DNA from: Azolla caroliniana
Lineage: Eukaryota > Plantae > Polypodiophyta
NCBI GenBank assembly: GCA_043228905.1
Contig: JBHGNT010000021.1
Span: forward strand, 12,462,001 to 12,526,000
Direction: 5' to 3'
Length of the DNA stretch: 64,000 nucleotides
Each line of letters starts with the position of its first letter. Positions within the stretch are counted from its first letter, which is position 1. The notes beneath the pieces are model-generated. The model was not told the DNA's origin. It ran no database searches and saw nothing but the letters and a program-made list of their open reading frames with translations. Shown in pieces: positions 10,908 through 24,977 of this stretch. Both the position numbers and the translations under genes were made by a program.

Positions 10908-11345
10908 TGTCATGATATGGCAAGACTCGAACCCATGACCTTAGGTTATATGGGTCGAGCTCTTGACCATTAGATCATCTATTGTAATACGTAAGATATT
11001 ATTTTCATTTACATTTTATTATAGGAAATTAGTGTATATTCTAGATTTCTCTGGAACATTCTAGAAGCTTTAGGATTACTCCTGAAAACACTATAAAAGA
11101 GGGCACTAAGCATTATGTTGAACCAAATTGGTTCAACGCTAGTCTTAAGCCTTTTAGCCACCATTGTATATTCTCTTCATATAATACATATCTTTCTTAT
11201 CATCACCCTCTCTCTCTCTCTCGATCTCTCTCTTTCTCTTTGTCTCGCTCACTTCTTCCTTCTCTCGAAGAAGTTCTACACCTCTCATAGTACTAATCCT
11301 TCGTTTAGTACTAATTCCTTCTCTGTCTCAGTACTGTTCCTGACA
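10908..11345 (+). mobile_element. Solo LTR of the Tcn1-like chromovirus family
   Basis: TGTCA...TGACA, 438 bp, perfect TSD ATACC (10903-10907 / 11346-11350), homologous to 3907-3994 plus 9315-9660. Confidence 0.93.
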
Positions 11346-11710
11346 ATACCGATTCGGACAAGAGTTGGAACGAGTCGGAGACAGCCGATTCGGATCAACA
11401 GACGGATCCGGATGAGTCAGATCAACGAGAGGCCAAGGAGACACGGACGCAGCGGAAGTCGATGCCATCGCAGTGGAACCGACGGATCGGCAAGCGTCGG
11501 AGTCATAGCAGCGAAGGAGCTGAGATGGGCCTATTGAGCAGACATACCGAAGGTCAAGGCACGCAGAACCAAAGGGGTCGCGGCAAACGGGACCGGACCG
11601 GACAAGGAGCGCGAGCAAGGCGAAGCGACGCCATGAGAAGTCGGTTGGAAGAACCAGCTGCCACAGAGGTTGACACTACGACCCTACCTCAGGTTGAGCT
11701 TGAGGGGGAG

Positions 11711-12055
11711 TGTTGAGCGGCAAGCTCAACCGGCGCCGGATCGGTTGAATAAGCCTGAGCCGGTAAGCGAGATGAATCGGTATGCCGGTGAGCAACCGAG
11801 CCGGTAAGCAGTAAGGATCGGTGAGCTAGGGAGCCGGTATGCCGGATCCAATCCGTAACCGGAGGCCTAGTATAGGTTAGACTACTAGGCAGTTATAGTC
11901 TCGTAGTTAGTGTCAGATGCTCGTGTGAGCATTGAAGTACACCGTACTTCTAACAGTCCCGTGTGGACTTGTATAAATAGCGCTGATGAGCGCGTTGTAG
12001 ATACAGAGCACAGAGTATTCATATAATTTTGGAAAATAGTGTGTTTTACTCCCCC

Positions 12056-12100
<45 letters not shown>

Positions 12101-12141
12101 TGTATTGTTCTTTCTAACGCTTCCGCAAGCAATCTTTTACA
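11711..12141 (+). repeat. 3' LTR of second copia family
   Basis: Starts TGTTG after the PPT, has TATAAAT and (CT)n, and ends ...aatcttttaca, similar to LTR ends at 49229 and 51406. Confidence 0.7.
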
Positions 12142-12779
12142 TGATTGTTTGTTTTTATAGTGAATTAAATTTATTTATTTATTTATTTATTGATTCAAAA
12201 AATTAATTAAATTTTTTTAAATTTATTTTGCAAAACGAATAGTTTTATAATTCTTGGGGCCATTTCATATTCTTGAATATTGTGAATATCACGCATGTAT
12301 CAATCTATGGTCACAACAGTGGTGTAAGTTTTAGATGGTGAATATATATCATTTGTGTTTGGTCTTATTGCCACATTAAATGTGAAAGTCAAGTGATAGT
12401 AGTTACTAGTGGGGATATTTGTTTCTAGCAAGTGACTTGTCATTTAATATAATCCAACTAGATAGTACTTATATTAAATTTAATGCCACATACTTCAAAA
12501 CTAAGCACGTCTTAACTTGCCAACAAAAATTATATTTATAGCCAACTTGACTAGCTAATCCCATTACCCAACTTCTATCTTTCCTAAGTACATGTTTTCC
12601 TACTTATCTACAATTTCCCACATTGACACCTCATTGACCCATATGATTAGGTTGTACAATAGATAGTCCTCATTTGGGGTGCTATCACAAAATATGCGCT
12701 CTAAAAATACATGTGGGGATAAATTGGCAACTTGGGGTTTGTCATTGATTATATCTAACATATTACCTTGATGGTCAAC

Positions 12780-13530
12780 CCCATTGAGCTTAGTTGGAAT
12801 CAGGTCAACTCTTAGTCGTCAAAGGTGGTGTCGTAGTTGTTTTCCTCCAAGCCCCTTAATGAAGATGTTTGCAACATTCTCTAATGTCAAACACTACTAA
12901 AGCTCCATAGTCCCATTATCTATTAGCTCCCACACATAGTGATATTAAATTTGTATGTGTTCAGTCTGTGCATGAAATAAAGGGTTCTTGGAAATGGCCA
13001 TGCAACACACCTTAGCATTGTTGTCGTCCTCATCTAAATTGTCACATCCATGAGTATTCTTCCCAGCCTGTTTGGGCTCGCGTGTTGCTTTCAATTCTGT
13101 CTCCATTTAAGATAGTGCCACCATTGTTGCATTTTACTCCTCCACGAAACAACTTTAAAACCCATTTAAAAACAAGATCCAAAAACTGATTTTCTAGAAT
13201 CATTGCGTCAAGCCCTGCGAAGTCATAATACCCACCTTGTAGAAGATTCCATAAGGTAAACTACCCATAATGTACTTTAATACATGCAGCATAGCTTTCC
13301 AATGAGTCTCCTTTAGCTTGTTGGTGAATCAACTTACCGCAATGATTGCAATGCAAATATCTGGCCTACTATTACATAGGAAAATTAGACTCCCTATAAG
13401 TTGCACATACGTATGCCAACCATAGGTGAAGTGTCTTCTTGGAATAGCGTGTAGTTCGACTACATTGTATTCGACTTTGGCTTGTAGTTCATCATCCCAA
13501 AGGTCTATGTTGCATAATTTCATTGTCAAA
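12780..13530 (-). pseudogene. Highly degenerate copia RT/RNase H remnant
   Basis: Minus strand YVQLIGSLIFLCNSRPDI and MAISKNPLFHAQTEHI-like motifs. Confidence 0.6.
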
Positions 13531-14217
13531 TGAAGATGTCGACGAAGGTTCGTCAAACCTCACAAACTTCAGGTAAATTCATAGTAGCGGGTCAGATAGT
13601 TTCAGGAAACTTGAGGGAGACAAAATGTCATCATGAGCCATTGCAAGAGCCAAGAGGAGTGGGACTTATGTTTGGAACTCCAAGGTTTCCCAAACCTTAT
13701 GAGCTTCAAGTAAATTTCATGGTAGCAAGTCAAATAGTTTCACAAACTTTAGGGGGACAAAATGTCATCATGAACCATTGCAAAAGCCAAGAAGAGGGGG
13801 CCTTATGTTTAGAGCTCCAAGGCCAAGTGCTTCTAGTCTAGGACTTGGTCTTGATACAAATAATGATAAGGTTGGTGTAAATCCATGGGATGTGTCTCTA
13901 TTTGTAGTTAACAGCCACACATCCCCATATACGATCAGGGTTTGTCCCACCTTATGTTTGGTATAAAAACGTTGTTATGATGTCGCATGCCCAAAGATAG
14001 AAAAAAAAGTAAAAAGGTCAAAAAGGAGGAGGGTAGCCATTTTGTAAATATTTATTAATGAAAACAAGATTATAACAATAATGAGGCAATGGTATCGGGG
14101 TTAGGGCCATTAACTATGTACAAGGAAGGAGTGTAGAGTTTGAATCTCTACCAACGTAAATGAAGGTATTCTTCCTTACTTTTCGAATTGTCTAACATTA
14201 ATGCAAAATGAGATAGG

Positions 14218-14520
14218 ATGCATTTAATGCAAAATATGGCACCTTTCTCCCTATAAAACAAGTGGAAGATACTCATTGAGGGGTTCTTCCTTTTGGGATT
14301 TTCTAGCTCTACCTTGGATTTTTGGGATTAAGGTATATTGTTATTTTCTTTACTTCTTCTCTACCTCCTTTAGATGCATTTAATGCAAAATGAGGTACCT
14401 TTCTTCCTATAAAAGGAAGGGAAGATTACTTATGTAGGGGTTCTTCCTTTTGGGATTTTGGAGCCCACAACTTGGGATTTTGGCATTAAGGTATATTGTT
14501 ACTTTTTTTACTTCTACTTC
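14218..14520. repeat. Degenerate tandem duplication, about 155-bp unit, 2 copies
   Basis: gatgcatttaatgcaaaat...ggggttcttccttttgggatttt...ggtatattgtta repeated. Confidence 0.8.
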
Positions 14521-14779
14521 AAAGGTTTTAGCAGTATTCATCACCACAAACCTTGTTGTCTTCGAGAAGGGGACCGGCTAACTCTTATTTAATTAACCCT
14601 ACTCTGATGTAAAGAAACCCTTATTCCCTAACTAATCAATGTATTTTTGCACCCACTGTTGTGTTTGTGTTGTTAAGCCATTGTAGTTACTACTATTCTT
14701 GTGGGATTAGTAATAATCATTTGTAATCACCCCTAGGGCGTGTGTGTGTGTGTGTGATAGAGTGAGGAGTGTTAAGTTG

Positions 14780-15045
14780 TGCCCATCACTCAAGCATTCG
14801 CTTCCACTTGAACTTTCACCTTGCTCAACCGTTCACCTCGTTTGAACATTCCCCTCGCTTGAGTGTTCTCCTCGTCCGAGCTTTCGCCTCATGCGGAGCA
14901 CTCGCCTCGTTTGAAAATTCACCTTGTTTGAGTGTTTACCTCGTCCCAAGCATTTGCCTCATTCAAACATTTGCCTCGTTAGAACAATTGCCTCATCCTG
15001 AATAGTTGCCTCGCTCTGACTATTCGCCCCGAACATTCTCCCTCC
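14780..15045. repeat. Short-period (about 18 bp) degenerate tandem array, likely retroelement-derived
   Basis: Recurrent gcattcgcctcgtt / gaacattc-like units. Confidence 0.55.
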
Positions 15046-15311
15046 CAGGTTCAAGTCCCCCATGATCCCGCTCGAGTAACACAAGCATGCGCGTTTGTGC
15101 GGCAACATTGGGGACCCCAAGGAGCCCATCAAGGTTGTGGTCTAGCAACCTTGGAGACGTAGACAAGATCCATAATAGGTTGGCAGATGGCCCGATGGAC
15201 AAGTCAAACAAGGGAGGTTCCGTTGAGCAAGAGATAGTGCAAGGATAGGGAGGTATAGTTGTAGCGTGCTATGAGGCAGGCAAGAGGCAGAGATAGAGCA
15301 CACAAAGAAGC

Positions 15312-15348
<37 letters not shown>

Positions 15349-17201
15349 TTTTAGCATCCTTAGTTAAAAAGAGACCAAGACTTGTTGGACCCCATTACAC
15401 AAGTTTTCTTGATGTGGTCTCTTCATGTATGCTAAGAAAATAGATTAATCAATCTCTCTTTTCACGCATTAATTTGTATTGTCTCTGTTGCACTACTCAA
15501 CGATCATCAATAGCACCTCCATAGGTCTATATGCATTACATCTTTTACACGCACCGGCGAAATATTGGGGTTAAGTCACTTATTTGTTATTCCAAGTAAA
15601 CAAATTCACAATATGTTTTACGATCTCAAAGAGAGGCTAACTATATCAAACATTGTAGTTTAACACTATTCAAAGACCAACGGATTCCTATCACAAAATT
15701 GTCCATTTCTTGAAAATAAATTGAACAATACAAGCAAGCTCTAATGAATATTCGAGTTGGGTAGTACCCCTTGAATACCGTAAGCCCAAATGGGTACCGT
15801 TATAGACATAAACATTAGAATATTGGTCTAATAATTGTGAAAGCAAAGAGAAGTTTTCGCACACCTGAGCATTACATCAATATGATTGATACACGTGACA
15901 TGCAACTCAATACACAAACTATTCCCCTTTAAACCAACAAAGGAATATCCTTAACTCACTTGTGGCTCAAATGACCTCGGTATTGCCTATCTCGTGGACC
16001 ACATTTGTATTAGGTCGGGCACTCTAAACACGACTTTTTCACATATTTGCATTTGAGAAAAATGTGTGATTTCAATATCCAACAAAATATGCAAGAGATA
16101 TCCATTCATAATATTGCGCATATAAGGTTTAGGAGGAGAAAACATCTTTACAAACCATATTCATGCATGTGATACCTAAAATAGTGTTGATCTCATTTTT
16201 TAATTAAAAATTGGAATTAGTTGAGGTGCATTTTACAACTAGTGGAAAACCACTGTCCTTTTACATCAAGATTGTTCAGCTGATGCCATGTAATCAAACA
16301 TTTGGGCATACAAGACATCTGCAGTGTCTTTGGTAATTGGGTTAAAAACCTTCATTTCATACTACTGTTTCAAACCACAATTAAAGCACACACTTTCTAG
16401 AAGCCATCTAGAACCCCCAGTGACTACAGGATCTGGCAAGTGTAAGTCTCCAACTAGTAGATGTGAACATGTAACTATGCAATTCTGAGACAAACACCAA
16501 TGGCCTCATTCACCCAATTTACCGAGACAGAATTCCACTAACCATCGGAAGGTGATTACGTCTACTGATTTTCATTAGAGCAGACAATGAGATGATTGAT
16601 TGCAATTTACCACATAGTATGAGAGCATCAGAGTGCATCTCATCACATTCCAGATCCATAAAATAATTTATCATAAAATAGTAATGTAGTAAGCTACTGG
16701 TTTTTTTCAATCACTTCATCTAGAACCTCCATCTTACTTAGTACACGTCCCTACTGAGAAATATAATGATTTGTCATCAACTTGTGATAGAACCATATTT
16801 CTGTGGTAACCATACAACCTAATTCATGGGCACCACAGCATCTCTGTAAAAGATAAACAATACGCAAATATAATAGAGAATCTCCATGAAGCCACATGCA
16901 ATGCATCATGTATTTCACCAGAGAAGTTCTTCAAAAGCAATAAGGCCTTTCATTTACATAAAAGATATCTGAAACCCATACAATCCATTCCGGATGAGCA
17001 CATCATTCCATTGTATGTCTAACCACCAATATTCCACAGGACTATACATCCCAGACCAGTACTTTGTATTTCTCATATATAGAAAATTCTGGCAAAAATT
17101 CTGTCTACACTCTGAAGCACTGTATCTTTTCCATTGTAAAACACTGTACAAAAGTCAATCAAAAATACCAGGATCCCACCCATATCTTACAACATTCACA
17201 T

Positions 17202-20200
17202 TCATTTGTACGCTGTCAAAAGGGAATTCACAACATGTATGACTAGTCTTGTTGCATGTACAAGATCAGGAGTCATATTTGAGCTGACCAGCAATGCATG
17301 AAGATTGGTATAAAGCTGCTCGAGAAAATGGCGTACCACATGTGGAGGGAGGCCAGGCTCATGAGGATTCAACGAGAGCGCTGCATCTTTGATCCACATC
17401 AGTTTCTTTTCAGTGTCATTACCAAGGTCACAGCCTAGCTGCTGTACCAACGCTAACAACACACCTTGGCTCAAAGGGGGTGGTGTCGTAGTCAGTAATG
17501 TCACTAGGTCTACCTGTTTGAGCATTGCGAATGCAGTCAACATTTCAGCATCAGAATCACTCAATACAACAATAATTGGTAACTAGAACAAACATTCTAT
17601 AGTTTACCTGATTGCACAACCATGAGACAATCCCGACATTTGTCAGTGCAAGTGCTTTATTGAATGCCTCTTCCAACTTCCTTTCTGCAATTAGCCTCGC
17701 AATCTCTTTCGTAGGATCCAAGGACTCTTCAACATGCTGAACAGTGACAGCCTATCATTCAAACCCAGTTTCAGTAGTTCAGCAAACCAATCCATACAAT
17801 ATATAACAAACGCCCTCCTAACAAGATTATATAAAGAATGTGTGTCTGTATCTGCATATATGTATGTATGTATGTTCGTAGGTAGGTAGAAAATTTTGTA
17901 CACTGGATGGAATCCTTGGCCAAGATTGTTAGCTGTTCCATCAGCATTTAAATCTCTTCTTCACAGAGCATATTTTATGTATCTTAAATAGCATGTGTGT
18001 ACAGTCCTATCTTAAATATATATCAGGTAGCTGGGATTTTGTTTTGCAGAACTGCTTCTGCTTTCTTTAATCTCTTGTATGTATTAAACCCCATAGTGGT
18101 TTTTAGTTTCTGTATCTCTGCCTCAAGATATTTCAGAAAAATGTCATTCTATCTTCAATTCTCCATATCATTCAGCCACCAATCACTTCATACAAATAAA
18201 ACATCACACGAAATATGTCTACTGAAGAATCAATAATGCACTTCTATTCAACATTAAGTTGTAGGCACTAATCCTATACTGAGGTGAAACCCAAATCATC
18301 CACAGAGGCCGAATCTTGTTTAGTTTATCCTGGACACGGAGAAAACAGGACAATTATAAACACCACGAAAGTAAATGGGAAAACAGCTATGGAGGTTGAT
18401 AATCCAGAACCCAGAGCAAAGATCAGAGCTACCTAGAACAAGGATGAAAAAACTAGAGGCAATGCCATTGCCATAAATTGGCATCAGTCTATGTCATTCC
18501 AAACAACAAACTGTAATTAATTTGTAGTTGTACTATGTTCCACCCAATTATTAGTATATATGATTATAAGCTTCGATGTATGGGTTCCTGTTTGGATTCA
18601 GTCAATCGATGATTATTTTGATCAAGCTTTACAGGTTTAATTTATGTACGAGCTTTACTTTTCCATGAAAGAAAGATTTAATTTTCTGACCCTTGTCCCA
18701 TGCACTGATGATAGCAAGTGGAGGAGTCGTACCAATTTGTGGTCAATTTTCACATTGTAAATCTGGAAATTACTGGCAGACTTTCTATTGCAGACCAACT
18801 AAAAGTTAGAAAATGTTACCCATGCAAATTTTGAAAGAGCAAGTTTATAATACACCATTTATATAATAATCCTACTCTTGTATCCTCTGGCTTGAAAAAC
18901 CAGAGGCAGAAAATATTAGTTTTGCTAGGGGCATCCTTTATGGTTTCAGAACTTCTGGTACTTTTTTTATACAGAAATAAATTTACCAATAACAAGGGGG
19001 AGCAGAACAAATTAAGCCTTGGTTTTATTTTATATCAATACCTTGTCAGGAAGGTTACCATTCATTATATATGGACCTCGGGAAACTCCTGTGTTTTCCA
19101 TAATAGCAAGAAGTCTTCTTTGTCCATCTGCAAATTCATCTTTCAATGAAGCAGCCACTGAGGTTATGGAAGTCACTGCATCCTACTCAGAGAGACTTTG
19201 ACTCAGTAAATCAACAAAGAAGCACAGAAAAGCATGTAAATAATGCCAGAATAGAAACGGAAATTATACCTGAAGGGTTGAGACAAGGGAAATATTGGAA
19301 GCAGTTAATTGCTGTTGTGCATGAGCTTGATCAGACAAACCTTTTTGAAAGGCGACATCTACTTGTCCAAACATAGTTTTGCACGTCCTCTCAAATGCAG
19401 GAATTATTGAGCCCTCGAGGCAAGAAGACAAAGTTTTCTGAGCATAACAAAAGCAAAGACACTGTTAATATACAAGAACTTATCAAAGTATATATATAAC
19501 CTCCATCTTAAAGAAGACCTGTAGTGCAGGCTTGCCACTGACTTGAAATTGTGTCTGCAGCTGTCTCACCAAAGAAGCCTCAAGTTTTGTGCCAAGTGAT
19601 TTTTCAAGTTGCATGATGCCTTTTTCATTGATACCCTTCTGTGTAACAAGTTACAGAACATTCAACGATGAAAAAATTTGCAAACACAACTGCAGATATA
19701 GGGGAAACCTTCTAAATATATTGAAATTCAACTATAAAGAAGCCTGGATTTCAAATAATCAAACCTGGAAAGCTTCAGATACTGCTGTGGAAATTGCTTT
19801 ATCAATGCTTGGTGCAACAATACGAGCAACTGAAGGGCCTACGGCAGCAAACTCCTTTTTCACAGCTCGCTCCACCAACATGGGTAGATCTTTATTGATA
19901 GAATTTGAAAGAAATGAACTCAGTTGCTGCACCCGATCCCTTTCTATCTTTTCCAATTTCGCATTGACTTCCTGTAGACGTGCCCACATTGCATCCATGT
20001 GAGCTTTTAGCACTTTCTCCATCCGTTGACCAAGGGCAACTTCTACTCGCTTCACTTCTTTCGCAATGGAAATTGTTAACATTGTTGCCATCTGCTTCTG
20101 GAGTTCTTTCTGCATCACTGTTAGCTGCATTGCCAAAGAAAACGGAGATTCACTTTTTAATGTGCATTATTAATTGTATCTTAGTGAGTAAAGCATTTCA

Positions 20201-23200
20201 AACATGCCACACTTGATGTGAACTCTAGGATATAGTCATTGAAAGAACCTGGCTTAACGAATCTTGCATCACAGTAAGTTGTTCAGATACCCCCACTGTT
20301 GAGCAAACAGCAAGATTGTTTGAATCTTGCTCAGGAGTGCTTGCTATGGATGAAAATAAAGTAGATGTAGGTGTTGATGAAGAAAATCCCATGCTTGTGG
20401 GCATGTTTGTTACAGTTTTGTTTTTGTTTTTCTTCTTTCGAGCTGGCAAGACTACTGGCACTATAGGGATGCTTTCTACGTTGGAAGCGGAAGTTTCACC
20501 CTCACCAGATCTTGGAAAGGATTCCCTTTGTTCCAGAGGTTGATCATCATCACCCTGAAACTGAGTGTCATCAATCAGTGGTTGATCTAGAATTCCATGA
20601 TTCGCTAAATCTGAAACTCCAAAGACATTTCCTAAACTCTCATAGCGTGTATTACACACTTCCATATTCTCAGAATCTAGCACAATGCCATGGCTCTGTG
20701 CTGAAACAACATTGGTCTCTTCATGAAAAGTAGTGCTTTCAGTCATCTCTTTTGTTTCAACTACGAATGCTTCTGAGCGCACTCTTGCAAGTTTCTCAAA
20801 GTTCTCGTTTGGTTTAATCCGCTCTTTTGAAATCACATTATTGTGAGGATAAGGCATTGCTGGACATTCAACTTCTGCTCTTGACATTGCCACCATGGAC
20901 ATGAGCTCCGACGGAGTCACAAGATGTGAAGACAACCCTGTACTGTTTTGCAGTTCTGGGATTGTCAATTCATTGGAGGACATGTCAGTGAAAAGCGGTG
21001 AAGAGGATAATGACAGGTGATTAATGATTGCTTTATTTGGTGATGATGGAATGCTCACTCCTGTTTTCTTCTCTCCAGACTGCTCTGACTCATCATGAGC
21101 ATAAAGGTACCCTGTTTTCACCATTGCAACAGAGACATGGGTAGCAGTCCCATCTTCGTTTGGAGTTACAGGTCTTTCCCTATTAAGGGGTGAGCCTCTA
21201 GGACTAGGTGAAGATGTACTACTACTAGATTTTATGCCATCAGCAACATGGGATGCCGAATCTTTTCCAGGAAATTCTGTTATTCGTCTTGAAGAGTTAA
21301 TAGTCCCTTTTGTATCGCCATTGGTGGTTAACTCTGAGGCTTCGACCATTGCAACATTTCTATCTTCAGAGGATTTATCAGTCAATGACAGCCCAGGTGC
21401 CTGAGCATGTTGTACCGTAGAAGTTACATCATAACCCATCATAGGAGACACCCCAGATGTTGATGTGTTAGGGTTTAAGCCTTCTGGCAGAGACCCATAA
21501 AATTCTTCTATAGGTGGAAGACATTGTGACAAATCAAGTGAATATTGCTGTATGGAAAGAGTTTGGATACAGTAAACTTGCACGATCCCATGACCATCGT
21601 ACACATTCTCACTAGTGGCAGTAAAGCTAAAAATAGGATATAAAACTGAAAATTCTGCCAAGTAGTCCAGACGGGTACAAGCAGGGTTATGACCAAAATC
21701 AACATGCAGGACATAGAGGGCACTTCTTTTTGCATTTGCCAACACTATAACATGTGCTTTGGGAACCACGAGAACTTGATTAAAAAATGCATCTTCAGGT
21801 TTGACTTCAGTAGAGCTCTTAAATTGAAGTGTCTGGATGCATTTCCAATGTATAGGCCCAGATTGAGGAAGCCATCCATCTTTGGTAGCTGGAATCCACA
21901 GTTTGAGTTCTTGATTCAACCGCCCCTGTTATGAATCTCCATAGTGAGTTCAACATTACACTGCCTTGTCCTAAAACGATCTCATGGCTGAAGAGTAGGA
22001 AATTTACACAGAAAAAACCGCAATACCGCAGAGAGAAGAACGATATGATCAGAGTTGTGAGACGCCGACAAAAAGGTGACCGCACCAACTTCTTGTTCTT
22101 GGTGTGGTGTAAGGACTGAAACTGAAGACATGTTTTGATCTCTCCAGATGCGTATCTAAAACAAGAAACTCGGCAATTAGAATAATAGCAAGATTGAATT
22201 GTCAAAAATCAGTGGAAATAATAAACATACAGTTCCATCTTTTGAAGCTGATGCCAACATAGGCCATTGGATGGAAGAAAGACATGTGATGTCGCCATCA
22301 TGATGTGCTACACAGAGGAACCCCTCAACTGGATTGTCCACGTGACAAAAAACAAGCTTTCCTGTGGTAAATCCATCAGGAGAAGCATTCTGTCTCACTT
22401 TGGGTATGTCCACAATGAAAACGAATTTACTCACCCCAACGATCAACACATCCTACAACAGTAGACAGTCCATTAGATTCAACATCAGTGTGATATATTA
22501 TTTTCCTGTTCACCTGAAGCATCAAAGGCCTGCAGAAAAAAAATACTAACATTCTAAAGATGAATACCTGTGTATGGTTAAGCCAGCAAACACGAGGATG
22601 GACAGATTCCCAACTCCCCATAAACTGCATTGCAAGTATTATTTGTTCTGTAATTTGTGATTTGCTATCTTCTACAGGGCATTCCACTATTTTCCTCACA
22701 AAAACCCTTCCATCTGAGCTAGCACTGCAGAAACAGAAAAACAAGCAGAAATGTCAAGAATCGTTAAAATCCAGCCACATATTTAGAGCGATCTCTAACA
22801 AATATAATCCAAAACCTTGCCAAGAGGTGAACATCTTCCGCAAAGAAGACCATGTCAGTCACCCTCTGTAAGCACCGTTTGCAGTTAAGTTCAGTTACAA
22901 ACTCAGGAATGCAGTATTAGAAATAAGAGTGCATGTGTGAGTTTGTACCTCAGAGTGCCCACGGAGTAGACCTCTTGAAGCTGTATGGATATTTAAAATA
23001 CGGATATGCCGATTGGCTCGTAGCCCATAACATATATAGCTCCTATTTACAGCTATCTGCCGGCCGACAAGTGGAGGATCCGAAGCATACATTGTGATAG
23101 GTGAAACCTCTAGCTGAGGCTGGGACTCCCCTGGTAGACGAATATCTATGTCATACACACAATGCTCACCCTTCAGATGCCTACCTTTCGGAAGGTTGTT

Positions 23201-23788
23201 TCTTGTAATTCTTCCTGACCCTGAATTTGGGTCTAGATTCATAGGAGGAGCTGAAGGTACAGCAATAGTAACCATGTTTGATGATGACACTTCAGGGCTT
23301 GCATTTGATATAGGGGAACTTGACATAGTTTGGAAATTTAACAATGTCATTAAGTGAGCACTATCCATTGAAGAACTTGTTGGCCTTGACACATTTGTAG
23401 CATGGAGGAGTGGAAGGGAAGGAGGGATTGAGGGTGATGGGGGCCGTGTTGTTGGAGGTTGGGAGAGACCATGAGACTGATAATGTGGCCACAGTGCTTG
23501 GTCCGGATGATAAGGTGTATATTGTTGATTTGTCAAGGCCTGAGGTGGAAACCCAGGTGAACCTGATGATGAAGCATTATCATATGATTCGAGAGAAGAC
23601 ATACCATTGGAAGGATAGTGATTAAAAGGATTTGAACATGACGCTGATGCTGACCCTTGATTTGAGCCAGATTCTGATGCTGATCCCATCATTGCTGGAA
23701 TTGTACCTGGTTGATTAAAAACTGGCTGTGTTGAAGACTTGAAAAGATCATGCAAGTTAAAATTCCCCGAAGTTCCTGTCGTATCCAT
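17202..23788 (-). CDS. VCS: Enhancer of mRNA-decapping protein 4 / VARICOSE (WD40 plus C-terminal helical domain), about 1439 aa, 12 coding exons: 23788-22949, 22865-22816, 22724-22568, 22452-22231, 22155-22027, 21925-20249, 20124-19765, 19638-19519, 19437-19270, 19182-19042, 17751-17608, 17513-17202
   Basis: [75 protein letters not shown] motifs; GT-AG introns; exon total 4320 nt stays in frame. Confidence 0.93.
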
Positions 23789-24977
23789 TGATATCTTCTG
23801 GATATCAGGCAATAAATATATTTTCCTGAAGGCAAAATCAAGAAAATCTCTGAACTGATCAGAGCTAATTTGTTTATTCTACTAAACCCATTCGTATCAT
23901 TTACTTTCCATCATTTCAGAACATATTCATTTTAAGATAATGGATTAAGTTCGGAACAAAAGTACAGTTTAAAATAATCATAGATAAATACTTTGTTAGT
24001 ACACTGCACCGCATCAGGAATTTTAACCTCCTTTGAATAAGGATAACAGAACTCACTAGTTCTTTTGGAGAGAAAAGAAAAACTTCATGCATCTATTATA
24101 AAGGTGTATGATCCATCGACCTTTGCCAAAAAGGAATAGCAATAAAAATTTTGATTCTTCGAAGTTATCGTTGGTTTAAAATTTTTGGAGGAAAAACCAA
24201 CAGAAAAAGCCAGAATGAACTCCTTTGGTTTAAAATTTATGGGAGGAAAAACTAACAGAACAAGCGATAATGAAATCCTTTCACGGTGCGATCAAATATG
24301 AATTTCCTTTTCTTAACTTTGGACAGTCTCTCTTTCTGTAAAATCAAGGCCTCGATTTTTTGAATGTGCGATTCCATTTATCTATTCTAGAAACCACAAA
24401 GAAAAAAGAACACTTTGATGGATGTGCTCCATTTATCTCTTATGGAAGAAAAAAACCCTCTACTTTGAAGCTAATGATTGATTCCTCCCATTTGGAAACC
24501 GACTCGTCCGTTCTTATTACGTTATTTACAATAAGCTCGCAGGTCACTTTTACACAAACGATCTAATTGTAGCTCTATATACAAGGGAGAAAAACAACAC
24601 GAATGAAAAAGATGAAATCTCGTTGTAACATGATTCTGCTTCTTCTCTTACCTTTGTCTCAGAGTGAATAGAAAACCCGAAAATGGCAAAACATAATCCA
24701 TGACTATTGGGTTCAAATACAGAGAAGTTGAGAGACGTACCTGGCAACAGAGCTCTTCTCGCTTCAAGCGTCTGAGCCTCGAGGAAGAGGAAGAGCTGCT
24801 TCTGTGTTTAGGGTTGTAGGGGGGAGGGGGAGACAACAAACAGAAAACAAAGATGGAGCAGCAGCAGGAGATGAAGAAGAAGAAGAAGAAGAAGAAGAGA
24901 AAAAAAAAATGCCCTTCCATGTTTCTCAAAATTTCAAAGATACCCCTCTCCTATTTCTCTTCTGCCTTGACACCAAT

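Larger units (their letters stand above)
10113..12141 (+). mobile_element. 3' part of a second copia family (RNase H, long 3' extension, PPT, 3' LTR)
   Basis: SGFMFSLGSAAIAWSNKKQ..ALSSTEAEY..YCDN..HARTKHIEV..ADIFTKPL; PPT gagggggag 11702-11710; LTR tgttgag... from 11711. Confidence 0.85.
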
